Source: an uncultured virus (IMG/VR IMGVR_UViG_3300017730_000004) (taxonomy: Duplodnaviria; Heunggongvirae; Uroviricota; Caudoviricetes). From it: DNA of 20,000 nucleotides. The stretch lies in IMG/VR virus record IMGVR_UViG_3300017730_000004; one strand, given 5' to 3'. The number at the start of each line of letters is the position of its first letter. Position 1 is the first letter of the stretch. The position numbers were made by a program, and so were the translations under genes. Below are positions 1-7,251 of this stretch, piece after piece. The notes beneath the pieces are model-generated. The model saw only the letters and a program-made list of their open reading frames with translations, was not told the origin of the DNA and did no database searches.

Positions 1-187
1 CAGCATATAGTCCAGTTGTATTGTGTACAACGGTACCACCTATAGAAAATGCTGGTTGATTGCCTTGTGAGACACCTCTCCATACATAATCTGAATCATA
101 ACCTATTTCACCTGTAAAGTCGAATGACTGAGCTGAAACTCCTAAACTCATTATTGAAAACAATAATGTACATAATATATTTCTCAT
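1..187 (-). CDS. TorF-like (TIGR02001/Gcw_chp-type) putative outer-membrane beta-barrel porin, N-terminal part, runs off the left edge
   Basis: Not in ORF track. Manual translation from ATG 187: MRNILCTLLFSIMSLGVSAQSFDFTGEIGYDSDYMWRGVSQGNQPAFSIGGTVVHNTTGLYA. Signal peptide ending VSA|Q, then SDYMWRGVSQ matching the SDYxxRGxSQ family signature. RBS AGGAG upstream. Confidence 0.8.
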   Translation of the reverse strand, partial: MRNILCTLLFSIMSLGVSAQSFDFTGEIGYDSDYVWRGVSQGNQPAFSIGGTVVHNTTGLYA

Positions 188-213
188 ATATTTCTCCTGT
201 TGTGGATAGAGAC

Positions 214-289
214 TGGTGGAGCTGACAGGGGTCGAACCTGCGACCTACTACGTGCAAGGCAGTCGCTCTCCCAACTGAGCTACAGCCCC
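214..289 (-). tRNA. tRNA-Ala(TGC)
   Basis: Reverse complement GGGGCTGTAGCTCAGTTGGGAGAGCG-ACTGC-CT-TGC-AC-GTAGT-AGGTCGCAGGTTCGACCCCTGTCAGCTCCA-CCA: 76-nt cloverleaf, G3:U70 Ala determinant, encoded CCA. Confidence 0.97.
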
Positions 290-296
290 AAAAATC

Positions 297-479
297 TTAT
301 CCGTTATTATCTATACTGGGTTTGTAAGATTTCTTCTTGGTTCTACTCTTATAAACTCTCTTCTTAGATTCATCAACATCGGGTGTTGATTTATCATCTG
401 CAACGTAACGACCTTTTGAGTCTCTTGCTCTGACAGTTTCGAAACCAAGGAAATCTGTAAATTTTGTCCAAAATCCCAT
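297..479 (-). CDS. Small basic phage hypothetical protein with RARDxKGRYxADDxSTPDVDE motif
   Basis: 60 aa, RBS GAGGA, late promoter TATAAATA just upstream. Motif recalled from marine phage hypotheticals; function unknown. Confidence 0.75.
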   Translation of the reverse strand: MGFWTKFTDFLGFETVRARDSKGRYVADDKSTPDVDESKKRVYKSRTKKKSYKPSIDNNG

Positions 480-493
480 AATTTATCCTCTCA

Positions 494-1114
494 CTATTTA
501 TAGTGTATATTACCAGCCACCGATATCCTTTCACCTTTAGGGTCATGGAATGGATAGACTGAATGATTTAACCACGATGGGAAGATAAGTATATCTCCCT
601 TCTCGGGGTAATGTGACATGGAAGTCCAATTCATAAAATTGTTCTCTCCATAATGTAAGTCTATATGACCAGCTAGTGGTTTAGACTCTGTGTTGATATT
701 ACTATCGAATTCATTGTCGATTGCAGTATCACGTAAAATTGTGTTTTTTGTGTAGAATACAAAACTAAACAAACCATCATGTGCATGGATAGGATTATAC
801 TCAAACTCTTTTTGTAGATTGACCCAAAGGTTGTCTATTTGCAGCTGTTCATTGACAACTTCCATACCAGTCCCTTGGGCCCATGTCACTGCATGGTCTA
901 GAATATGGTTCTTTGTCGTATCAGACATCACATCTACAATAGATATCTGAGAGTGGACTCTACCAGCAAGTAAGTTGGAACCTATTTTATGTTCTTTACT
1001 GTACCTGCGTGATTCTATCTGTTCATTGACTTCATCAATAACAGACATGTCCATCTTTCCAACCCATACTGGTGGGCCAAAAGGTGTAATTAGATTACCA
1101 TCAACCATTTTCAC
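494..1114 (-). CDS. Putative 2OG-Fe(II) oxygenase, TIGR02466-like
   Basis: WVN..EYNPIHAHDG (HxH), FSFVFY, GDILIFPSWLNHSVYP, RISVAGN: typical DSBH motifs of this family. Confidence 0.85.
   Translation of the reverse strand: MKMVDGNLITPFGPPVWVGKMDMSVIDEVNEQIESRRYSKEHKIGSNLLAGRVHSQISIVDVMSDTTKNHILDHAVTWAQGTGMEVVNEQLQIDNLWVNLQKEFEYNPIHAHDGLFSFVFYTKNTILRDTAIDNEFDSNINTESKPLAGHIDLHYGENNFMNWTSMSHYPEKGDILIFPSWLNHSVYPFHDPKGERISVAGNIHYK
495..502 (-). promoter_or_regulatory. T4-type late (gp55) promoter TATAAATA
   Basis: Perfect T4 late consensus overlapping the last codons (TAT AAA TAG) of the upstream gene, ahead of the RBS of ORF 297-479. Confidence 0.7.
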
Positions 1115-1340
1115 TTACTGGTTCTCTAAAGATTGCATATGGCAATCCTTTCTTTTTTCTTCGTGCAAACTCATTAGATATTTTTTGCCTTAATTTCCCT
1201 TTACCCTTGGTACTTTTAATTTTGTTGTACTCATCAATCAGTTCTTGTAATGGTGTTGACTTGATATAGTAATGAGTTGTGGTTACTACTTTTGTTCCAC
1301 GTGCAACAGTTTTTTGGGTTGGTTTAAATTTTATCGGCAT
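1101..1340 (-). CDS. Basic hypothetical phage protein
   Basis: Likely start MPIKFKP at 1340 (AAGGAG RBS upstream) rather than the ORF-track start at 1409. Lys/Arg-rich. Confidence 0.7.
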   Translation of the reverse strand: MPIKFKPTQKTVARGTKVVTTTHYYIKSTPLQELIDEYNKIKSTKGKGKLRQKISNEFARRKKKGLPYAIFREPVSENG

Positions 1341-1500
1341 TTCTCTCCTTGGTTCGGGGTTTATTTCTAACATGCCAGTCGTGACTACAATATGCATCAC
1401 AAAAGACATGCACTGGTGACTGTTTAGGATTTGTGTGGTATTTGATTTTTTCCATTTCTAATTCTTTATCACATTCACTGCATTTAAGTTTCGTTGTCAT
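1324..1500 (-). CDS. Small zinc-finger protein (CxxC...FCxxxC, TRASH/MYM-like)
   Basis: From ATG 1500: MTTKLKCSECDKEL...VFCDAYCSHDWH. Four Cys in treble-clef spacing. Fills the gap between neighbours with short overlaps. Confidence 0.7.
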   Translation of the reverse strand: MTTKLKCSECDKELEMEKIKYHTNPKQSPVHVFCDAYCSHDWHVRNKPRTKERNADKI

Positions 1501-2122
1501 GGGTTTGGTCTTCCTCTGCCCTTTTAAACCATATTGCAAAAACGTATCTCTCGCCTGCAAATATGGGTTCTACACTATGCCATCTCTCCGTTGAGTTGTT
1601 AAATGCTACCATAGTGCCTCTTCTTGGTAGTATTGTATGTCCTTCAACATTCAACCTACCCCCTTCGTATTCTTCATTCAACATGAAGATACAAGTTCCT
1701 GTGTCTTGCATATCAGCTGAGTCTTTATGCCAATTAAACATAGTATCCTTTGGATACTGCATTATAGTTGCATATGTAACCTCACCAAAATCTCTGTTCT
1801 TTGGCATATAAGGTTCTACTAACTGCATCACTATTTCAAACTGTGATGTTCCCTGTTCTAAAACTGCAACATCATGACCAGTCTGTGGATGTGTATATCT
1901 CCAAGACCTATCCAATGCAGATAAATCATCGGGACATATCTGTCCGTTCTCTTCTTGTTGTACATTCTCTACTGGTAATAAAGACAACTGTTCTATTATA
2001 ACATCACATGTGTCTATCGTCAATACACTATCTGCAATCATTAAGATATTAGAACTAGATTCAGTTTCTTCGACTGCATCCTTTTCTTGTTGAGATTGTA
2101 CTACTATCTTTCTTTTAGGCAT
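1484..2122 (-). CDS. 2OG-Fe(II) oxygenase, prolyl-4-hydroxylase-like
   Basis: WHKD (HxD), LNEEYEGG, WHSVEPI, GERYVFAIW (distal His and 2OG-binding Arg). Confidence 0.88.
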   Translation of the reverse strand: MPKRKIVVQSQQEKDAVEETESSSNILMIADSVLTIDTCDVIIEQLSLLPVENVQQEENGQICPDDLSALDRSWRYTHPQTGHDVAVLEQGTSQFEIVMQLVEPYMPKNRDFGEVTYATIMQYPKDTMFNWHKDSADMQDTGTCIFMLNEEYEGGRLNVEGHTILPRRGTMVAFNNSTERWHSVEPIFAGERYVFAIWFKRAEEDQTHDNET

Positions 2123-2816
2123 TGTTACGTCTATCGTTATTAGGATGGAAGAATCTTACATATGAGTATCTCCATGAGTCCTCACAATATTTCTTGTAGT
2201 CATCTATCCATGCACCATGTAGTTTGTTACCTGTAAAGATAACACATGTATTGAATTTGGCTGGTATTATATAGTCTATCTCGAAGTCTTTCTCTACTTC
2301 ATAGAGAACACCCATATGTTCCATGTTAGTAATCCATTCACCTTTATATACTGCAGTCCCGCCAGACTCTTCTTTGTCCATATAGACTAACATATTCAGT
2401 GTAGATTTATCGTCGGGTGTAATGAATGCACTATCAATGTGTGGATAGTGTTGCATCTTTGGGTCAAACTCTGTTATGGTTTGGAAACAATTGAACTCAT
2501 GAATCTGTTGATAGTCATAATCACCTTTCCACCAATATCGTCTACAGATGTCCAGTATTCTCTCGTTCTCATTGATACCTATTCTAGTAGGATGTCCTAT
2601 CTTGTCTGTAATACGGCAGTCATTGTATACAGTACCATTAGGTGAATCTCTCTCTGTAGAATATTTCCACATAGGATATTGTCTACTAGATATGTGTTCG
2701 TATAGGTCTTCGGGGTTTTCAAAGAAATCGTGTATAGTAATAACACCATTCTCATATGTGTGTTCAAGCTTAGGGTTTATTGCATAAAGTTCATCTAGTG
2801 CGTATGTCTTTTTCAT
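2115..2816 (-). CDS. Putative 2OG-Fe(II) oxygenase (DUF6445-like)
   Basis: IHDFFENP N-terminal motif, YPHID (HxD), LVYM..GGTAVY, KFNTCVIF..LHGA, R..VRFF. Start reassigned to ATG 2816, which forms an ATGA overlap with the upstream small ORF. Confidence 0.8.
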   Translation of the reverse strand: MKKTYALDELYAINPKLEHTYENGVITIHDFFENPEDLYEHISSRQYPMWKYSTERDSPNGTVYNDCRITDKIGHPTRIGINENERILDICRRYWWKGDYDYQQIHEFNCFQTITEFDPKMQHYPHIDSAFITPDDKSTLNMLVYMDKEESGGTAVYKGEWITNMEHMGVLYEVEKDFEIDYIIPAKFNTCVIFTGNKLHGAWIDDYKKYCEDSWRYSYVRFFHPNNDRRNNA

Positions 2817-2974
2817 AACCAATCCATTATAATGTTTACCATAATTAGAAGACCACATAGGATGTTAATTCCTACTATGATTGTTCTGATTATCGCAATC
2901 TTGTTCTCGTTTTGAGGGTTGTATCCATCCTCTTCGTCAAATGCTCCAAGAGCATGTTTCCATATCTCCCACAT
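2813..2974 (-). CDS. Small (53 aa) membrane protein
   Basis: Not in ORF track. MWEIWKHALGAFDEEDGYNPQNENKIAIIRTIIVGINILCGLLIMVNIIMDWL. Starts 2 nt after the upstream stop and ends in an ATGA overlap. C-terminal TM helix. Resembles the WxxALG...AIIRT small proteins of marine T4-like phages. Confidence 0.8.
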   Translation of the reverse strand: MWEIWKHALGAFDEEDGYNPQNENKIAIIRTIIVGINILCGLLIMVNIIMDWL

Positions 2975-2976
2975 AT

Positions 2977-3729
2977 TTATTCACCAAATACATCACTATA
3001 ATATAGTGCATCCCCTGTTTCATTGTCATTAAGTTCTTGTCTATGTTTTAAGTTAAATGACACGGAATATCTGAGTTCTTCCTGTTCGCTATTTCCAGTG
3101 GGCGGAACCGAGTGCATCAAATAAGACGGCCAAAGTAAGAAATCACCAGCCGATGGTTCAAACATCATTTCTGATTGAAACCCTTGACAACCTGTGAATC
3201 CCATATTAGGTAAATCATCAAACTTAATCATATCTTCAGTACCATTATGTGCATATTGAGCTGCCATGTTTGGATTCCAAAACTTGATTGGTCTATCCGA
3301 ATTGTTTACATAGTAGGTTCCACTGATATGTGAGTCAACATGATTGTGGACTTGATGGTCATGTTCTGCATCATATCTATTAATCCATGCAAACAGATGT
3401 ATATCCTTTCTAGATAGATGTCTAACCTCTGTGTTGAATTGTGTACGTATGAATTCAATATAGGTATCTTTCATGATGTTAGCAAAGTCATTAAACCATG
3501 GTAACTTATGTGTCATTTCTCTTATATCATTATCAAAATAAGATGTGTAGTTACAGAGTTTGTCTTTGTTATCTTTGTCTGCAACCATATCAATGAGTCT
3601 ATCTATATCTCTGATAATTTGGTCAGGCGGAAATCCTATGTGACCTCTTAGAAATGGTGTTGGGAATAATTGTAATATTCTATGTTGTGCAGGCTGATAA
3701 AAAGACTGCTTGTATGTCGCTGGTTTCAT
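2977..3729 (-). CDS. Putative 2OG-Fe(II) oxygenase, TIGR02466-like
   Basis: LFPTP N-terminus, AWINRY, HNHVDSHISGTYY, GDFLLWPSYLMHSVPP, RYSVSFN. Confidence 0.88.
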   Translation of the reverse strand: MKPATYKQSFYQPAQHRILQLFPTPFLRGHIGFPPDQIIRDIDRLIDMVADKDNKDKLCNYTSYFDNDIREMTHKLPWFNDFANIMKDTYIEFIRTQFNTEVRHLSRKDIHLFAWINRYDAEHDHQVHNHVDSHISGTYYVNNSDRPIKFWNPNMAAQYAHNGTEDMIKFDDLPNMGFTGCQGFQSEMMFEPSAGDFLLWPSYLMHSVPPTGNSEQEELRYSVSFNLKHRQELNDNETGDALYYSDVFGE

Positions 3730-3923
3730 AATTTAATTGCCAATAGTAAAAGTATTGCAATGAGAATGACGTTTGACATGAAGATACCTATTGCAAGAAT
3801 AGTGTGATACCATATCCATCTTGTCTTGTATGCATTATCTACTGTAATGTCATCGGGGTCAGGCCCATGGTCAATATCAGTCTTGGGATTCTGTTTCCAA
3901 AGTATCTCCCACCACTTAGTCAT
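3726..3923 (-). CDS. Small membrane protein
   Basis: 65 aa with a long hydrophobic C-terminal segment (ILAIGIFMSNVILIAILLLLAIKL). Overlaps both neighbours. Confidence 0.75.
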   Translation of the reverse strand: MTKWWEILWKQNPKTDIDHGPDPDDITVDNAYKTRWIWYHTILAIGIFMSNVILIAILLLLAIKL

Positions 3924-4476
3924 TCTTTTTCTCTATCTGTACTGCAACCCCCTTTTCGTTACCCTTGGGTGTTTTGATAGTTACGTCTCTGTAGTATACA
4001 ACTACTTCTCCTAACTGTTTGATGTATCGTTTGAGTTCTTGCATATTTGCACTCATGACTTGATAATCACCTATAGTCGTTGCAACAAATACAACCTCAC
4101 CACCATTCTGTTCTTTCATTTCATCTAAGAAATAGTCAAGATGTGAGTAATCGACTGGCCACTCGGGATTGTCTCTGTCCTCAAGGTTACATGTCTTAGG
4201 ACGTTTAAGTTTTTCTACTTGTACTCCGTCTTTCTCTTCGAATCTTTTAGGGTCATACGATAATGTTGCAACACATAGATTGTCTTTCTTTGCCTCAGAT
4301 ACGACATACCAATTAGGTGATGTCATTTCAATAGGTCTTGGAAGTGTAGGTTGAATTATATCTATTTCTAATGGTTTAGATACTATCTCTACTTGTTTCG
4401 TTCCAATTAACGAGCATCCACTAATCGTTATCAGTGCGATTAGACTCATCAAGGTTATATATTTCCTTTGTATCAT
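3916..4476 (-). CDS. o-spanin-like outer-membrane lipoprotein (Rz1/PseT.2 equivalent)
   Basis: From ATG 4476: MIQRKYITLMSLIALITISG|C lipobox, Pro-rich linker (PTLPRP), C-terminal DYQVMSANMQELKRYIKQL helix. Overlaps the 3' end of the upstream TM/coiled-coil gene. Confidence 0.78.
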   Translation of the reverse strand: MIQRKYITLMSLIALITISGCSLIGTKQVEIVSKPLEIDIIQPTLPRPIEMTSPNWYVVSEAKKDNLCVATLSYDPKRFEEKDGVQVEKLKRPKTCNLEDRDNPEWPVDYSHLDYFLDEMKEQNGGEVVFVATTIGDYQVMSANMQELKRYIKQLGEVVVYYRDVTIKTPKGNEKGVAVQIEKKND

Positions 4477-4810
4477 CTTCGATTCCCTCAAATACTCTAT
4501 CCGTTGCACGATTGACCTTTCCTGTCATTATGCCAGGCTTTGCAACTGCAAGAGCGCTTAAATTATGTCTTTGGAATATTTGTAGATACTCCGCCTTTTC
4601 TGCTTCAATCGATGCATTTTTACGACTCATGTTCTGCAATGCTTTCCCTTGTTTTTCAAAGTTCTCTTTCATCACTTCCATGGCACGTTGTTGTTCTTCT
4701 ACTGCAGCTTCTAACTTAATGTTATTTTGTGTAAGTGTTTGATTCTCATTATACAAAAAGAAACAAAACAATCCCACTGCTACTAGAAGACCCATAGTTA
4801 ACTGATTCAT
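4421..4810 (-). CDS. i-spanin-like protein (Rz/PseT.3 equivalent)
   Basis: Single N-terminal TM helix (LLVAVGLFCFFLY) followed by a Gln/Glu-rich coiled coil, directly upstream of a lipoprotein. Confidence 0.78.
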   Translation of the reverse strand: MNQLTMGLLVAVGLFCFFLYNENQTLTQNNIKLEAAVEEQQRAMEVMKENFEKQGKALQNMSRKNASIEAEKAEYLQIFQRHNLSALAVAKPGIMTGKVNRATDRVFEGIEDDTKEIYNLDESNRTDND

Positions 4811-5082
4811 TAATCTATCTCCTCAATTTTTACTTCAAGTCCTAGAACTGAACGTATTTCTATAACGTTCTTAGTTTCATAGTCTTTGAATTTTAAATGT
4901 TTCGGTCTATTTACCATGATATTTCTTGACATATATTCCGACTTGTACATGTTACCACCCTCAGATTGTCTGTAAATGGTAATCTTGTATTCTGCTTTAA
5001 AGAGATGTTTAATCCATGTCCAAATGAACCAAAAAAATCTCTTCAGTAATTCTTTTATCTTATTCCATAGTTTGTTAAGCAT
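4810..5082 (-). CDS. Hypothetical protein with amphipathic aromatic N-terminus
   Basis: 90 aa, coupled to both neighbours (TAATG junction at 4810). Confidence 0.7.
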   Translation of the reverse strand: MLNKLWNKIKELLKRFFWFIWTWIKHLFKAEYKITIYRQSEGGNMYKSEYMSRNIMVNRPKHLKFKDYETKNVIEIRSVLGLEVKIEEID

Positions 5083-5698
5083 AGTCTATCCATCCTGTTA
5101 CTATATATTTCTCTCCTTTGAGAGGTGGATTACCTCTATGCATATGAGTGAAACCAGCAGGCCACAATACTATGTCACCTTTTTTGGGTTTGATACGTAA
5201 TGATTGGTATAGGAATTCTAACTCTCCACCTTCCTCAACGTCATTAAGGAAGATTGCCCATGCAAGTAGGGATTTAGAACTAGATGGACAATTACAGTGT
5301 TCACAATGCCAGATATGATATCCTTGTTGTGGTAATGTCTTTTGAATTTTTGCACCACTGACCATAAGACCTCTGTAGTTATCTTGGACTGGGTACTTTT
5401 GAAACCACTCATCGATAACACCATCGGGTTCTTCAAAGATAGATAGTATTCTATTCATCTGACTACCGAAGTATGACTCGGGTACTGAAGTCATGCTGAT
5501 TGCGTCATCACTCTTTTTTGTTATTAAAGTTGTGTCGTAATGAGCTCTTGGAAGTGTTAAACCTCTGGCTTCACATTTTTTGTATATTCCCATGACATAG
5601 TCTATGAACTCGTCGTCTGTCCAACCACGATAAAGGAGAACATGTTCTCCAAGGTCTTCTATGTGTCTATCTTCTGCAAATCTATTTTGTGTTTCCAT
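5075..5698 (-). CDS. 2OG-Fe(II) oxygenase, prolyl-4-hydroxylase-like
   Basis: GYHIWHCEH (HxE), FLNDVEEGGELEFLYQ, FTHMHRGNPP, KYIVTGW. Start likely METQ at 5698. Confidence 0.9.
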   Translation of the reverse strand: METQNRFAEDRHIEDLGEHVLLYRGWTDDEFIDYVMGIYKKCEARGLTLPRAHYDTTLITKKSDDAISMTSVPESYFGSQMNRILSIFEEPDGVIDEWFQKYPVQDNYRGLMVSGAKIQKTLPQQGYHIWHCEHCNCPSSSKSLLAWAIFLNDVEEGGELEFLYQSLRIKPKKGDIVLWPAGFTHMHRGNPPLKGEKYIVTGWIDYA

Positions 5699-5708
5699 AA
5701 TATATACC

Positions 5709-5732
5709 AAAAAGTAAGGATTATTCCTTACT
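5709..5732 (-). terminator. Hairpin with short U-tract (probable weak intrinsic terminator) downstream of tRNA-Arg
   Basis: Minus strand AGTAAGGA-ATAA-TCCTTACT-TTTT: perfect 8-bp stem. Confidence 0.5.
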
Positions 5733-5734
5733 CT

Positions 5735-5741
5735 TATTTAG
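5735..5741 (-). promoter_or_regulatory. Late-type promoter CTAAATA
   Basis: Intergenic TAAATA core between tRNA-Arg and the oxygenase gene. Confidence 0.6.
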
Positions 5742-5756
5742 TGTGTTTAGAAATGG

Positions 5757-5833
5757 TGGCGGGACTGATAGGAATCGAACCTATAACCTACTGCTTAGAA
5801 GGCAGTTGCTCTATCCGATTGAGCTACAACCCC
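5757..5833 (-). tRNA. tRNA-Arg(TCT)
   Basis: GGGGTTGTAGCTCAATCGGATAGAGCA-ACTGC-CT-TCT-AA-GCAGT-AGGTTATAGGTTCGATTCCTATCAGTCCCG-CCA: 77 nt, A20 Arg determinant, encoded CCA. Confidence 0.96.
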
Positions 5834-6343
5834 TTAGTCACCATTTCTTAATACTTTAAGTTGTGCAATTGTATCAGCTGCACTAGTGTGTAGTATTCCA
5901 ATACCACCATGTTCTACCCATGCATCAAGGTTCTTTTGTCTGTCATCAATAAGGACACTTCCTTTGATTGCAAACATACCTTTCTGACTACCAGTCATAG
6001 TACAAGTAACAACAACAGTAGGACTAACATGTTCTTTAATCCACTCGTTCTTATCATACACAACCAACTCTCTGTTTATAACACCAGCTGCAGTGAGTAT
6101 TTCCCACGGTAGTTTAGTGTGTCTAACGTAACCAACCAATTCATGCATATCAGGCATAGGTGGTAACATTCTGAACAGTCTTTTGTTTGTTAACTCTTCC
6201 TTCCTTAAGTCATAGTCATTATGACCTTGGTCGGTGTTAGGGAATTCTCTCCCTGTTAGTTTTTCAACACCAGTGTTGAAATCGGCTAATACTCCATCCA
6301 TATCGATGAAGATTCTTTTTATCTTTACTCTCTTATTTTCCAT
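5834..6343 (-). CDS. HAD-family 5'(3')-deoxyribonucleotidase (NT5C-like)
   Basis: IFIDMDGVLADF motif I, ILTA motif II, VLIDD motif IV, W..HGGIGILH. Start reassigned to ATG 6343 because the ORF-track TTG at 6379 is the -35 box. Confidence 0.9.
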   Translation of the reverse strand: MENKRVKIKRIFIDMDGVLADFNTGVEKLTGREFPNTDQGHNDYDLRKEELTNKRLFRMLPPMPDMHELVGYVRHTKLPWEILTAAGVINRELVVYDKNEWIKEHVSPTVVVTCTMTGSQKGMFAIKGSVLIDDRQKNLDAWVEHGGIGILHTSAADTIAQLKVLRNGD

Positions 6344-6349
6344 ACGTAT

Positions 6350-6379
6350 AGTATAACACTCTTTCGGCCCTGTTGTCAA
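6350..6379 (-). promoter_or_regulatory. Sigma70-type early promoter
   Basis: TTGACA (6379-6374), 18-nt spacer, TG-n-TATACT (6355-6350). Confidence 0.8.
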
Positions 6380-6391
6380 GGCATTTCGGGC

Positions 6392-6802
6392 TTATTCCCA
6401 AAATATTTTATACAGTTTTTCTTCCTTTGCGTAGGCTTCTCGCTCCCAAGGTTGACGGCTATATGGTGCCTTAGAGTAGTCCTTTTTCTTCCATTTTTGA
6501 CGAACTGGACTGAGTTGTCCAGTTAAGAATTGTTTTGCATGAACTAATTCATGTGCAAGATTCAACATTTGGTCTTCTAGAGTGAATTCTAGTCCATTAC
6601 TACCACGTGCAATCTCTATAATGACCTCATCACGGTCACCCCAACATAAAGCATAGTGATTATTCTCACATCTAGTTATAACATTTAGTTCTATGGTTAT
6701 ATCCCTACGTAATTTAGGGGAAAGATAGGCAATACAGGACTTCACAAAGGTACGAATTCGACGTTTTTGTGCAATTTGACCATTTATTTGAATGTCAATC
6801 AA
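6392..6802 (-). CDS. HExxH zinc metallopeptidase-like protein
   Basis: LAHELVHAKQF plus PWEREAY (third-ligand Glu). Probable start is TTG 6802 behind an AAGGA RBS, since ATG 6835 abuts the -10 box. Confidence 0.78.
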   Translation of the reverse strand: MIDIQINGQIAQKRRIRTFVKSCIAYLSPKLRRDITIELNVITRCENNHYALCWGDRDEVIIEIARGSNGLEFTLEDQMLNLAHELVHAKQFLTGQLSPVRQKWKKKDYSKAPYSRQPWEREAYAKEEKLYKIFWE

Positions 6803-6835
6803 GGGGTAATGTTCCTTTCTTCTCAGTTGTGTCAT

Positions 6836-6865
6836 ATTATATCAAAAAATCTACCCTGTAGTCAA
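6836..6865 (-). promoter_or_regulatory. Sigma70-type early promoter
   Basis: TTGACT (6865-6860), 18-nt spacer, TG-n-TATAAT (6841-6836). Confidence 0.8.
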
Positions 6866-6869
6866 GGCC

Positions 6870-7022
6870 CTAATCGTCGTATTCAAATACCTCTTCTATT
6901 GTATCTTCATCCATTTGTGCGCCACAAAATGGACAATGTTCGATTCCATACTGGTGTGAATCCATTTCATGTTCTACTATGCACTCTGATTTACAGTCGT
7001 TGCAGTGTAATCTAATCTTCAA
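6870..7022 (-). CDS. Small zinc-ribbon protein (CxxC...CPFC) with acidic tail
   Basis: Not in ORF track. TTG start behind AGGAG: MKIRLHCNDCKSECIVEHEMDSHQYGIEHCPFCGAQMDEDTIEEVFEYDD (50 aa). Fills the gap exactly. Confidence 0.82.
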   Translation of the reverse strand: MKIRLHCNDCKSECIVEHEMDSHQYGIEHCPFCGAQMDEDTIEEVFEYDD

Positions 7023-7251
7023 CTTTATCTCCTACGATTTCCTTGAAAAAGTTATCATTTGATTTAGCTTTACCATCAATCATTCCGAATGGTAGTGGTC
7101 TATCAATATCTTTTTTAAAGAAATCTTCCCCACACGTGTAAATTCTAATCTCTACTAAATCTTTATCAAGTGTTCTTGCAATATGCTCAAGTCTTAAATC
7201 TATAGCTGTCTGGCTATGTTTTACATTGAGATATACATGAACTTGTTTCAT
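7012..7251 (-). CDS. Hypothetical protein, possible degenerate thioredoxin/glutaredoxin fold lacking CxxC
   Basis: Start MKQVHVY at 7251 (TAATG coupling). RPLPFGMIDGK resembles the Grx TVPQIFIDGK cis-Pro motif. Confidence 0.6.
   Translation of the reverse strand: MKQVHVYLNVKHSQTAIDLRLEHIARTLDKDLVEIRIYTCGEDFFKKDIDRPLPFGMIDGKAKSNDNFFKEIVGDKVED

Noticed and set aside
2974..2980. ATAAATA late-promoter-like sequence
   Set aside because: Formed by TAA stop + AT + the A of the next ATG, so it cannot transcribe that start codon. Likely incidental.
2977..3729. HNH tripeptide suggesting an HNH nuclease
   Set aside because: It is the HxH iron-binding motif within a DSBH oxygenase context.
5218..5436. 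Minus-strand 72-aa alternative-frame ORF
   Set aside because: Fully nested in the oxygenase gene, no motifs or RBS.
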